Source: an uncultured Bacillota bacterium
GTDB lineage: Bacteria > Sysuimicrobiota > Sysuimicrobiia > Sysuimicrobiales > Segetimicrobiaceae
Direction of reading: 5' to 3'
DNA: 64,000 bases
Assembly: GCA_963804645.1 (NCBI GenBank)
Contig: CAWDRG010000011.1
Span: forward strand, 183,466 to 247,465
Position 1 is the stretch's first letter; each line of letters opens with the position of its first letter. Position numbers and translations under genes: made by a program. Positions 1 through 9,199 of this stretch are shown here, one piece after another. A model generated the notes under the pieces. That model was not told the origin of the DNA, made no database searches, and saw only the letters and a list, made by a program, of their open reading frames with translations.

Positions 1-561
1 CACCGGACCGATCAGCCACGCCACCATGTCGACGAGGTGGATCGCCGTGTCGTACATGAAGCCCCCGCAGACCGCCACATTCGTGTACCAGCTCGGGGTC
101 AGCATGTCGCCGTCGTTCATCTTCACGTTCGCCGACATGGGGACGAACCCCGCGTCGATCTGCCGCTTGAGAAACCGGTACGCGGGCGACCATCGTCGAT
201 TGAACCCCATCTGGTAGACGCGTCCGCTGCCCTTCGCGCGCGCCGCGACCCTCCGGGCGTCTGCGAGGGTGATCGCCATCGGCTTCTCGGAAAAAACGTG
301 CAGCCCCCGGTCGAACGCCTCACACACCAGCGCCGCGTGATACACGTTCGGCAGCGTGATAAACACGGCGTCGATGCCCAGCTCCGCCAATGCTGCGAGC
401 GTGGCACACGGGCGCGCCCCGACCGACTCGGCGGCCTCCCGGGCCACCGCAGCGGCCCCATCGGCGACGCCCGCGATCGTGACGCGCGGATCGGCCGCGA
501 GCACGCTGAGGTGCCGTCTGCCCATCGTGCCCGCGCCGACCAGCCCCACCCGGATCACCAC
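1..561 (-). CDS. Gfo/Idh/MocA family oxidoreductase (3' part runs off window)
   Basis: Translated by hand (not in ORF track): VIRVGLVGAGTMG Rossmann motif, EKP motif, GGFMYDTAIHLVD; GTG start with GGAAGGGAG RBS. Confidence 0.85.
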   Translation of the reverse strand, partial: MVIRVGLVGAGTMGRRHLSVLAADPRVTIAGVADGAAAVAREAAESVGARPCATLAALAELGIDAVFITLPNVYHAALVCEAFDRGLHVFSEKPMAITLADARRVAARAKGSGRVYQMGFNRRWSPAYRFLKRQIDAGFVPMSANVKMNDGDMLTPSWYTNVAVCGGFMYDTAIHLVDMVAWLIGPV

Positions 562-641
562 AGACCGATCACTCCCTTCCTGCACGCCGCCGCGGTGATC
601 CGAACGCCCCGCGTGTCTCGTGCCGTCGCACGCACGGACGG

Positions 642-1799
642 CTACCGTCCCGGCGCGACCGGCAAGGGATCGACGCCGGACCCGACGGAGACCCGCCGTC
701 CGGTCTCGGCCGCGAGCAGGAGCGCGTCGCAGACCCGCGCGCTTGCCGCTCCATCCTCGAACGTGGCGCCGACCTGCTCGCCGCCGGCCTCGACGGCTCG
801 GCGGACGAATTCGTCAAATTGGTGGACGAAGGTGTGCTCCCACCCGATGATATGGCCCGGCGGCCACCAGCGCCCGCCGAACGGGTGGTCCCGTTCGGTC
901 ACGAGCACGTCGGCGAGCCCGCGCGCGGGACCGTCGCCGTGGTAGACGCGCAGCTCGTTGAGGCGCTCCAGATCGAATACCAGCGTGCCGCGCTCCCCGT
1001 TGATCTCGAACCACAGGTGATTCTTGCGGCCCGGACACATCCCGCTCGCCTCCAGCGTCCCCACGGCGCCGGCGTGAAACTCCAGCGTCGCGACGACGGC
1101 GTCGTCCACGGTGACCGGCCGATCGGCCCCCCCGTCCGGTCGCTGCGCCGTATACGTGCGCGTGGACGCCGTGACGGCCGCGATCGGGCCGGCGAGGAAA
1201 TGCGCGACATCGATCGCGTGCGATGCGAGATCTCCGATGACACCGCTGCCTGCCGCGTCGCGGTCGTGACGCCAGGTGAACGGCGCGGTCGGATCGAGCA
1301 GGGAGTCGTCGCTGTACCGGCTCCGAAAGTGGTACAGGCGTCCGAGGCTCCCGTCAAGGAGCAGGCGACGGGCGAGCAGGACGGCGGGGACAAACCGGTA
1401 GTTGAAGCCGGTCATCGCCGCACGCCCCGACTCACGGGCCGCCCGCGTCATCGCGGCGGCCTCTCCGCCCGTGCGGGCCAGCGGCTTCTCGCACAGGACG
1501 GCCTTGCCGGCCCGCAGGGCGGCGATGCTCGGTTCGGCGTGAAGGCTGGTGGGCCCGACATTGATCACCGCGTCGATCGCCGGGTCGTCGATGGTCGCAT
1601 GCCAGTCCGTCGTCCCGCGCTCGGCGCCGAGACGCGCCGCCGCGGCCGCGGCACTCGCCGCGGTCCGACCCACGACGGCGACGATCCGGCCGGTCGCGGG
1701 CGCTTCGGGAAAGGCGTCGGCGTGCCGGCGGACCGCCGACACGTGCGCACGTGCGATGCCGCCGTGGCCGAGCACGGCGATCCCGAGGATGCGCGTCAT
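642..1799 (-). CDS. Gfo/Idh/MocA family oxidoreductase
   Basis: GIAVLGHGGIA, CEKPLA, GFNYRF, GVIGDLASHAID; start trimmed to MTRIL. Confidence 0.9.
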   Translation of the reverse strand: MTRILGIAVLGHGGIARAHVSAVRRHADAFPEAPATGRIVAVVGRTAASAAAAAARLGAERGTTDWHATIDDPAIDAVINVGPTSLHAEPSIAALRAGKAVLCEKPLARTGGEAAAMTRAARESGRAAMTGFNYRFVPAVLLARRLLLDGSLGRLYHFRSRYSDDSLLDPTAPFTWRHDRDAAGSGVIGDLASHAIDVAHFLAGPIAAVTASTRTYTAQRPDGGADRPVTVDDAVVATLEFHAGAVGTLEASGMCPGRKNHLWFEINGERGTLVFDLERLNELRVYHGDGPARGLADVLVTERDHPFGGRWWPPGHIIGWEHTFVHQFDEFVRRAVEAGGEQVGATFEDGAASARVCDALLLAAETGRRVSVGSGVDPLPVAPGR

Positions 1800-1985
1800 C
1801 GACCGCATCCCGGCCGCGGCCGATCGACCGCGCCGGGCCGCGCCGAGTCGATGGCAGCGGCGGACGGACGCGCGGTGCGCCGCGCCCGTGCGGTCTCTCG
1901 CATGCCCCATGCCTGGTTCACACGCTCACCTCCAACGAGATCCCCGTGTGCCGAAGCGTTGCCTCTCGCGTCGCACGCGCGATCG

Positions 1986-2393
1986 TCATCGACGAGTGGG
2001 AGAGTCGGGACGGACGGCGAACCTGCTCGCCCGAACGCCCGCGCCGCACCATGCCGCCAGGGCCCCGTGAAAGACCACCGCGGGCCACAGCGCCCACCCG
2101 CGCAGGCCCACGAGACCGGCGTAGATGAGCAGGACAGCGACAGCCGCGTTGTAGATCCACATCGCCGCCAACAAGCCGGTGGCGGCATGACTCCCCGCGT
2201 CGTTGCGCACCAGCCAGCAGGCCGCGCCCAACGAGCAGAGCGCGATCCCGGCGAGACGGGCCACGACCAGCGCGAGCGGCGTGTCGAGCGGTGCGCCGAG
2301 CAGGACCATGCTCACGACAGACGGGACCACGAGCAGCGCCAGCCCGGCCAGCATCTCGGCCACCGCCATCACGACGAGCAGCGTTCTCGTCAC
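1986..2393 (-). CDS. Small integral membrane protein (about 4 TM), unknown function
   Basis: 135 aa with four hydrophobic segments; GGGGAGGG RBS upstream. Confidence 0.7.
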   Translation of the reverse strand: MTRTLLVVMAVAEMLAGLALLVVPSVVSMVLLGAPLDTPLALVVARLAGIALCSLGAACWLVRNDAGSHAATGLLAAMWIYNAAVAVLLIYAGLVGLRGWALWPAVVFHGALAAWCGAGVRASRFAVRPDSPTRR

Positions 2394-2795
2394 TGTGCCC
2401 TCCCCGCTTCGTTGGACGACGTGCCCGTCTGCGCCGACCCGGCAGCGCGCGTGCCCCCCGGGATCGAACGTACCTGGCTCCAGTTCGGCGGCGGCGGGGT
2501 CTCACCCCGTTTCCGCCGAACGCCGCGTGCCCCGCCCCGGTCGATTCCGAACCTGGCCGCAGTGAGGATTCAGCCCGGTCGACGTGATTCCATTTCGCGA
2601 TGGGCACGAATGAGGGCGCCCCGGGCTTGCCCCCGCCGTGACACCGTCACGATGTCTTCCTTAAGAAGAAGCTGCGGAGGCGGTCCGCTCGGCGCCGTAG
2701 ACCCGCGGCACGAGTGCGGCGCCGCGCCGCCAACTCCGGGCGCACCGGGCACCTCCGTGTTCGTGCGTGGCTGGGAGGACCCCGAACGAGGCGCC

Positions 2796-4160
2796 ATGAA
2801 CTCGTCATCACCGCCGCGGGCGCCGCGTCCTCGCCCGCCATCTCGGTCAGGGACCTCCGACACGACTCGCACAACCGAGATCCGCCTGGTGTACCTCGCC
2901 GGCCTCATCCAAGGGCTGGCCTTGGTGACATTTCCGGCCGCGAGTTCCATCCTCACCAGCCCGCGGGTGTACGGCCTCAGTGAGACCCAGTACGGGGCGA
3001 TGTTCCTCCCGCAGGTTGCCCTGGCCATCGTGGCATCGGCCGCAGCCCCGGCGCTGGCGCGCCGGTGGGGGCTCAAGCGGGTGTTTCTATTGGGACTCGG
3101 CGCCAACCTGGCGTCGATGATGCTCTTGGCGGGAAGCCGACTGCTCGTGTCCTCGCCGGCCGTGGCGTACGGCGCGCTGCTGGTGGCCACCGGGGTGCTT
3201 GGAGGAGGGTTCGGCGTCACCGTCATGACGCTGAACACCTTCGCGCAGGAGTACTTTCCCGCCGCAGCCGACCGCGCGGTGCTGGCGATGAACGTCCTGC
3301 TCGGAGTTGGCACGACGCTCGGTCCGGCCCTCGTCGCCGTGTTTCTCGCGTTGGGCGCCTGGTGGCTGCTGCCGATTCTCACGGCGGCCGCGCTGCTCTG
3401 CCTCTTGGACATCAGCCTGCAGGCGTCGCTCACGCCCCACCCGCGGCCGACCGCCGACGCCGGAGGCCCCGCGCGATCTCCGGAGCGGCGTGCCGGCCGT
3501 CTCCCACGGCGGTTCTGGCTCTACGCCGGCGCCGTCCTGCTCTACGGCGTGATCGAGACGCTCTGCGGCAATTGGTCCACGCTGTACCTGATCCGTGAGC
3601 GACACGTGCCGACGCCGTCGGCATCACTCGCGCTAACGATCTTTTGGGCGATGATGACCCTGGGACGGGTCGGCGCCGCGTTCCTGTCGACCAGAATCGC
3701 CGCACGGTGGATCTATCTCGTCCATCCCGTCGTGATGCTGGTCGCGCTCCTGGTCGTGTCCCGCGCCACGACGACGGCCGGCGGCATCGCGGCGTTCGGT
3801 CTGGCGGGGCTCGCGTGCTCGGCCTTTCTCCCGTTGAGCATCAGCCTCGGAGGACAAGCGTTCTCGGATCTGACGGCGGTCGTATCGGGACAGCTGATCG
3901 CGTTCTATCAGATCGGCTACGGGATCGCGGCGTTCGGCGTGGGACCGCTGCGGATGGCGACCGGCGCCTCCCTCTCGACGATCTATGCCGGCGCCGCGGC
4001 GGCGGCCGCCGCGCTGGCCGTGCTCGCCGTGCGCATCACCGTTCGGCCGCCAGACGGCCGCTGGCGACGGCGGCCGTCGCCGATCGTCCGACACCCCCAA
4101 ACATCTGACCGTCGCGACGCAGCGTCCAACGCGCCCGACCCGCCTCGACGTCCCGCGTAA
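2796..4160 (+). CDS. MFS transporter
   Basis: About 12 hydrophobic segments, motif-A-like ALARRWGLKRV; start trimmed from the 819..4160 ORF. Confidence 0.85.
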   Translation: MNSSSPPRAPRPRPPSRSGTSDTTRTTEIRLVYLAGLIQGLALVTFPAASSILTSPRVYGLSETQYGAMFLPQVALAIVASAAAPALARRWGLKRVFLLGLGANLASMMLLAGSRLLVSSPAVAYGALLVATGVLGGGFGVTVMTLNTFAQEYFPAAADRAVLAMNVLLGVGTTLGPALVAVFLALGAWWLLPILTAAALLCLLDISLQASLTPHPRPTADAGGPARSPERRAGRLPRRFWLYAGAVLLYGVIETLCGNWSTLYLIRERHVPTPSASLALTIFWAMMTLGRVGAAFLSTRIAARWIYLVHPVVMLVALLVVSRATTTAGGIAAFGLAGLACSAFLPLSISLGGQAFSDLTAVVSGQLIAFYQIGYGIAAFGVGPLRMATGASLSTIYAGAAAAAAALAVLAVRITVRPPDGRWRRRPSPIVRHPQTSDRRDAASNAPDPPRRPA

Positions 4161-4274
4161 GAATCGCCCCCGGCACCGGGTTCCTCCCCGGCATCCCAAA
4201 TTACTATCCCGACCCTATAGGCATGCCAGGCCCGGATGGGTACGCTGATTGGAAATCGACACGCCGGAGACTGC

Positions 4275-4928
4275 ATGCCCACAGTTCAGAACTGCATGAT
4301 TGCCCGGGCCGTGGTGTTGCCCGCCGACGCCACCGTGGGCGACGCGGTCGCGCACATGCGCGCTGAGGCGGTCGGGCGTCTCTGCGTCGTCGATCACGAC
4401 CGGCTGGTCGGGATTGTGACGCGGTCGGATCTGATGGGTGTCCTGCCGAGCGCGCCGACGGCCGATGCCGCGGAGGCGCAGGCGTTCTGGATGACCCCGG
4501 TGACGGCTGTGATGACGCCTCGTCCGATCGTCGTGGGGCCGGCCACCTCGGTCGCCACGGCCGCCAGACTCCTGCAGCGGCACCGCATCCAGGCGCTGCC
4601 CGTCGTGGATCGTGGCGCGCTGGTGGGCATCATCACCACGCAGGACATCGTCGACGCCCTCGGTCACCATGTCGGCAGCGATATCCGCGGGGCGCAGATG
4701 TCGGTGGCACTCCCCAACGACCTGGCGGACCTGCATCGGCTCACGGACGCCCTGGTCGCCTTGAAGGACGTGCTGTTCCCGCTGGCGCTGACGGTGCGGC
4801 TCAGCAAACACGAACGGCTCGCCCGGCTGATCGTCGGGACTGCCGAACCGCTCCGGGTCGCGGAGGAGCTCGCCGCGGCGGGCTTCAAGGTGTCCGGGCT
4901 CCGCGCCGACCCGGGGGCCTCCGCCTAG
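4275..4928 (+). CDS. CBS-pair protein with C-terminal ACT-like region (AcuB-like)
   Basis: Two CBS repeats (LVGIVTRSDL, LPVVD..LVGIITTQDI); GGAGA RBS. Confidence 0.8.
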   Translation: MPTVQNCMIARAVVLPADATVGDAVAHMRAEAVGRLCVVDHDRLVGIVTRSDLMGVLPSAPTADAAEAQAFWMTPVTAVMTPRPIVVGPATSVATAARLLQRHRIQALPVVDRGALVGIITTQDIVDALGHHVGSDIRGAQMSVALPNDLADLHRLTDALVALKDVLFPLALTVRLSKHERLARLIVGTAEPLRVAEELAAAGFKVSGLRADPGASA

Positions 4929-5008
4929 CGACTCCGACGACGGCGAACGGCCGCGCGTCGACGGTCCCCCAAGGAATCCCGGCGCGGCCGCTCGAACCGA
5001 TCAGGATC

Positions 5009-5686
5009 ATGACGCCCCCCGCGACTCGCAAGCCGGCCAAAATCTCGGTCCTGCTCGCCGACGATCACGCGATCGTGCGCCAGGGAGTCAAGATGATCCT
5101 CACCGCGGAGCCGGACATCGAGGTCGTCGGAGAAGCCGAGGACGGCCTCCAGGCGATCGAAATGGCCCGAGAGTTAAAGCCGAACGTCGCGGTCCTCGAC
5201 GTCAGCATGCCCCGGCTCAACGGCATCGAAGCCATGCGGCAGATCCGCGCGGCGCTGCCCCAGACGCAGGTCCTCGCGCTCACGATGCACGCGGACGATA
5301 CGTACGTGTTCCAGTGCCTGAAGGCCGGCGCCTCGGGGTACGTGCTCAAGCGCGCCGCGGCGACCGATCTCGTCCAGGCTATCCGGGCCGCCCGCCGCGG
5401 CGAAGCGTTCCTCTATCCGGCCGTCGCGACGGCGGTCGTGGCCGACTATCTGAAGCGGCTGGAATCGGGCGAGGGACGGGAAGCCTACGACGGGCTCACC
5501 GAGCGGGAACGTGAGATCCTGACGCTCGTCGCCGAGGGCGTGACCAATCAGGACATCGCGCAGAAGCTGTACATCAGCATCAAGACGGTGCAGACGCACC
5601 GGGCGCACATCATGGAAAAACTCGGCCTCCACGACCGCACCCAGCTCGTCCGCTACGCGATCCGCAAGGGGCTCATCGAAGCCTGA
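5009..5686 (+). CDS. NarL/LuxR-family response regulator (NreC-like)
   Basis: REC motifs LADDH, VLDVSMP, LTMH, YVLK; HTH LTEREREIL...ISIKTVQTHRAHIMEKL. Confidence 0.95.
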   Translation: MTPPATRKPAKISVLLADDHAIVRQGVKMILTAEPDIEVVGEAEDGLQAIEMARELKPNVAVLDVSMPRLNGIEAMRQIRAALPQTQVLALTMHADDTYVFQCLKAGASGYVLKRAAATDLVQAIRAARRGEAFLYPAVATAVVADYLKRLESGEGREAYDGLTEREREILTLVAEGVTNQDIAQKLYISIKTVQTHRAHIMEKLGLHDRTQLVRYAIRKGLIEA

Positions 5687-5766
5687 CCCGTACACGCGCG
5701 CGCGCCGTGCCGCCGGGCTCCCCCAGCCCGACGGCACGGACGTCGTCGTCGATCCGCCTGCGTGCG

Positions 5767-8250
5767 CTACGCCCCGGTGATCGGCGCCCAGTCGTTGGGG
5801 CCGGCGCCGCCGATGTACTTCTCGATCTGCACCAATCCGGTGTGGCAGACCGGCCCCTGCGCCAGCTGCGACGTGCCGCGCTGGGCGGTGAGGTTATTGG
5901 CGCAGCCGCCCCGGTCCAGGCTGCCGATCGCCCCGGGCGTCTCCGGACGGTACCAGGCGCCTTCGTGGAGGATCACCACCTGCGGCCGCAGCCGCGGGGT
6001 CACCACCGCGCCGGCCAGCGCCTGCCCGCGGTCGTTGAACACGCGCACCACGTCGCCGGTCTGAATCGCGCGCGCAGCCGCGTCGGCCGGATTGATCCAC
6101 ACCGGCTCGTATCCGTTGACCTTGCTGAACTGATGCAGGGTGTCCACGTTGTCGTAGGACGAGTGCCGGCGAAACTGCGGGTGCTTGGTGATCAGGGCCA
6201 GCGGATACTGCTTCGCCTTCGCGCTGCCGAGCCACTCGAACGGCTCCATCCACTGGGGCGTCGGCGGGCAGTCCGCGTAGCCGTACTTGGCGATCGCTTC
6301 GGAGTAGATCTCGATCTTCCCGGACGGCGTGTTGAGCGGGTTCGCGCCCGGATCCTTCCGGAACGCCGCGAATGCCACGTACGCCGCGCCTTCCTCGTCC
6401 ACCGGCAGCTTGTAGTAGCCCACCTGCTTGAACCGGTCGTAGCTCATCGGGACCTTCCCGGCCGCGTAGAGCTTGCGCAGCCACGCGTCCTCGGTGTCCA
6501 TCCCCAACGTGAACTTGTCCTTGAACCCGAGGCGCGCGGATAGCTCGGTGAACACCTCGAAGTCCGACTTCGACTCCCCGAGCGACGCGATGATCTGGTG
6601 CTGGTAGACGACGTACCGCCAGAACTGCGTGATGTCGTTGCGTTCGAACACGGTGTTGATCGGCAGCACGATATCGGCCATGCGCGCCGTCGGAGTCCAC
6701 CAGCTGTCCTGGACAATGATCGTGTCGACCGTCTGGAGCGCGCGCAGGTTTTCGTTGATCTGATCGTGCTGATTCAGCACCGCGCCGCCCACCCAGTAGG
6801 CCAGCTTGACCGTCGACTTCCCGGGCATCGGATACGGATACGTGCTGCCGTTGTGATGCACGGTGACCGGCGCGTTGAGCAGCGAGTATGCGAACTGCTG
6901 GTCCAAGAGCACCTGCTTGACCGGGTTCGCAACCCCCGGGAACAGGCCCGGCCCGGGCAGCGTCACGTGCGCGTCGCCCGCGCCGGCAAAGCCGGGGATC
7001 TCGAACGACAGCCCGCCGCCGGGCAGGCCGAACTCTCCCTTCATCGCCGCCAGCGTGATCAGCATCCGGACCTGCTGCTCCCCGTGATCGTTGCGCTGGA
7101 TCCCGCGCGCGCAGGAGATCTTGACGCGCGGCGTCTGCGCGTACTCGCGCGCGAACGCGCGGATCCGGTCCGCCGGGATGTCCGTCAGCCCCGCGGCCCA
7201 CTCCGGCGTCTTCGGCTGCTTGTCCGTCTCTCCCATCACGTACTGCCGGAACGGTTCAAACCCGTACGTGTACGTGTCGATGAACGACTTGCTGTAGAGG
7301 TTCTCGGTGATCATCACGTAGGCCATCGCGGCCATGAGCGCGCTGTCGCCGCCCGGGCGGATCGGCATCCAGACGTCGGCCATCTCGGCGGTCTGCGTGA
7401 ACAGCGGATCGATCACGATCATCTTGATGCCCCGCTGCTTCATCGCCGCGAGCCAGTTCCGCACGCGCATGTACGACGGCCCGCGCACCTTCCAGTTGTC
7501 CACCGGGTCGGAGGCCCAGAAGATGAACGTCTTGGTGTTCTCGAGCGTGTCGGCCATCGAGTCGTCGGGATACATCTGCCCCCACGAGTACGGCGCCGCC
7601 CACTGCCAGCACGCGTAGCTCTTGTTGCCGATCAGGGTGGTGCAGCCCCCGTAGAGGTTGAGAAACCGCCCGACCTGTCCGAGTTTGGTGTTGAGGTTTC
7701 CGGCGGACTGCCAGCCGCCGATCACGCTGCCGAGGATCGCCTCGTTCCCGTACCGCGTCTTGACGCGCTTGAGCTCCCCGGCGACCAGGTCGTAGGCCTC
7801 GTTCCAGGTGACGCGCCGGTACTTCGGCACGCCCCGCGTCGCCCGGTTGCCGCCGCCGCCCGGCTTCCAGTCCGCCCGCACCATCGGATAGAGGATGCGG
7901 TCCGAGGCGTAGACCCGATGGTGCCAGTTGAGCCCCATCGGCGACGCCTCGTTGTCGGGATAGTCGAGGCTGCCGAGCCGGACGATCCGCCCGTCCTTCA
8001 CGTACACGTTCAGCAGCCCTTCGCTGTCGGCCGTCGTGAGCACCCGCTCCGTGCGGGCCGTCGGATCGAGCGGCGCATCGGGCATCGCCGCCGCGGGGGC
8101 CGAGGCCGCCGCCGCCCGCATGATCTCGGGTCCGGTCAGCAGCGCGGTTCCCGCCGTCGCCGCCCCCAGACCGAGGTGCTGCAAAAATCGCCGGCGGCTC
8201 ACACCCGCCGGTCCGGCTGCCGTACGATCCACGTCACTCGTCCCGCTCAT
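5767..8250 (-). CDS. Tat-exported DMSO-reductase-family molybdoenzyme #1 (TorA/BisC-like, no Fe-S motif)
   Basis: SRRRFL Tat motif, RILYPMVR, PIRPGGD, KTPEWAA, TPSGKIEIYS, C-terminal dinucleotide-binding domain. Confidence 0.93.
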   Translation of the reverse strand: MSGTSDVDRTAAGPAGVSRRRFLQHLGLGAATAGTALLTGPEIMRAAAASAPAAAMPDAPLDPTARTERVLTTADSEGLLNVYVKDGRIVRLGSLDYPDNEASPMGLNWHHRVYASDRILYPMVRADWKPGGGGNRATRGVPKYRRVTWNEAYDLVAGELKRVKTRYGNEAILGSVIGGWQSAGNLNTKLGQVGRFLNLYGGCTTLIGNKSYACWQWAAPYSWGQMYPDDSMADTLENTKTFIFWASDPVDNWKVRGPSYMRVRNWLAAMKQRGIKMIVIDPLFTQTAEMADVWMPIRPGGDSALMAAMAYVMITENLYSKSFIDTYTYGFEPFRQYVMGETDKQPKTPEWAAGLTDIPADRIRAFAREYAQTPRVKISCARGIQRNDHGEQQVRMLITLAAMKGEFGLPGGGLSFEIPGFAGAGDAHVTLPGPGLFPGVANPVKQVLLDQQFAYSLLNAPVTVHHNGSTYPYPMPGKSTVKLAYWVGGAVLNQHDQINENLRALQTVDTIIVQDSWWTPTARMADIVLPINTVFERNDITQFWRYVVYQHQIIASLGESKSDFEVFTELSARLGFKDKFTLGMDTEDAWLRKLYAAGKVPMSYDRFKQVGYYKLPVDEEGAAYVAFAAFRKDPGANPLNTPSGKIEIYSEAIAKYGYADCPPTPQWMEPFEWLGSAKAKQYPLALITKHPQFRRHSSYDNVDTLHQFSKVNGYEPVWINPADAAARAIQTGDVVRVFNDRGQALAGAVVTPRLRPQVVILHEGAWYRPETPGAIGSLDRGGCANNLTAQRGTSQLAQGPVCHTGLVQIEKYIGGAGPNDWAPITGA

Positions 8251-8369
8251 CCACGCACCCCCTGGCGCATCCGCCGGTCAGCGGCATGCACACACCAATC
8301 GCCTCGGGGTACCACCCGCACCCAATTCGGCCCACGCGTGCCGCGCCGTCGCCCTGGTTCATCACTTCG

Positions 8370-8415
8370 ACGATAGCAACGGCGCCGCGCTCCGCCTATC
8401 CGTCCGCGGCCCGAT
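8370..8415 (-). promoter_or_regulatory. Regulon box ATCCG-N8-CCGAT (8398-8415) plus extended -10 TGcTATCGT for enzyme #1
   Basis: Box to -10 spacer is 22 bp. Confidence 0.75.
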
Positions 8416-8481
8416 TCCTCGCCGGGACGCAATGCCCCGGACCCGCGCGGGCGCGCGGGTCCGGGGAGACATCGCACGGCG

Positions 8482-9198
8482 TCAGAACGCGGCGCGCCGG
8501 GGGACGTGCATGGCGTGCCGCAGCCAGGCCTCGTCCCGCTGCAGGTACTCGTCCAAGAGACTCGCGGCTTCGCGATAGAACGCGGTCGCGGCTCCCGCCC
8601 GCACGTCCACGACCCATTCGGGCACCCAGCGGCGCAGATGCCGGTCGAGAAACTTCAGGCGCTTGGCGAGCGCCTCGGGGGCGTCGCCCGCCGCGAGCTG
8701 CTCGGCGGATTCCAGCGCCAAGTGCTGCATGATCGCCAGTTCGACCGCGATGTGATCGGCCGGCGCATGAAACTCGTCGCCGACCCGGACGCCCTCTGTG
8801 CGCAGCCACGTCGTGACGTCCCCGAGCGCCTCCCCGTAGAACCGCCGCTCCGGACTCGTGTACACCGATTCGTACGGCGGCGCGAGCCCGGGGCCCGGCC
8901 CGATAAACAACCGTGCGTAGTCCACGGCCATCTCCTCGACCGTCGTCCCGGGATCGAGGTCCCGGGACGACGTGAGGCACTGCAGGAGGGGCCCGGCTTC
9001 ATCCCCGACGCCGCACGCCACGGCCAGTTCCACGAGCGACGCCCGCGTCTCGTCGCTGCACAGGCGCACCCACGCGTCCTGGGTCAGTTCACGCGCGAAC
9101 GCGCCCGACAGCAGCCCGTACAGTTCTGCGCGGGCCGCCTGGGCCGCCGCCTGGCGGCCCCCCGGCGACTCTAAGACGTCCTGGCCGTTGGCAACCAT
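8482..9198 (-). CDS. TorD/DmsD-family redox enzyme maturation chaperone
   Basis: YARLFIGP, PPYESVY, PADHIAVEL, FLDRHL..W; starts right after the stop of enzyme #2. Confidence 0.92.
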   Translation of the reverse strand: MVANGQDVLESPGGRQAAAQAARAELYGLLSGAFARELTQDAWVRLCSDETRASLVELAVACGVGDEAGPLLQCLTSSRDLDPGTTVEEMAVDYARLFIGPGPGLAPPYESVYTSPERRFYGEALGDVTTWLRTEGVRVGDEFHAPADHIAVELAIMQHLALESAEQLAAGDAPEALAKRLKFLDRHLRRWVPEWVVDVRAGAATAFYREAASLLDEYLQRDEAWLRHAMHVPRRAAF

Positions 9199-9199
9199 G

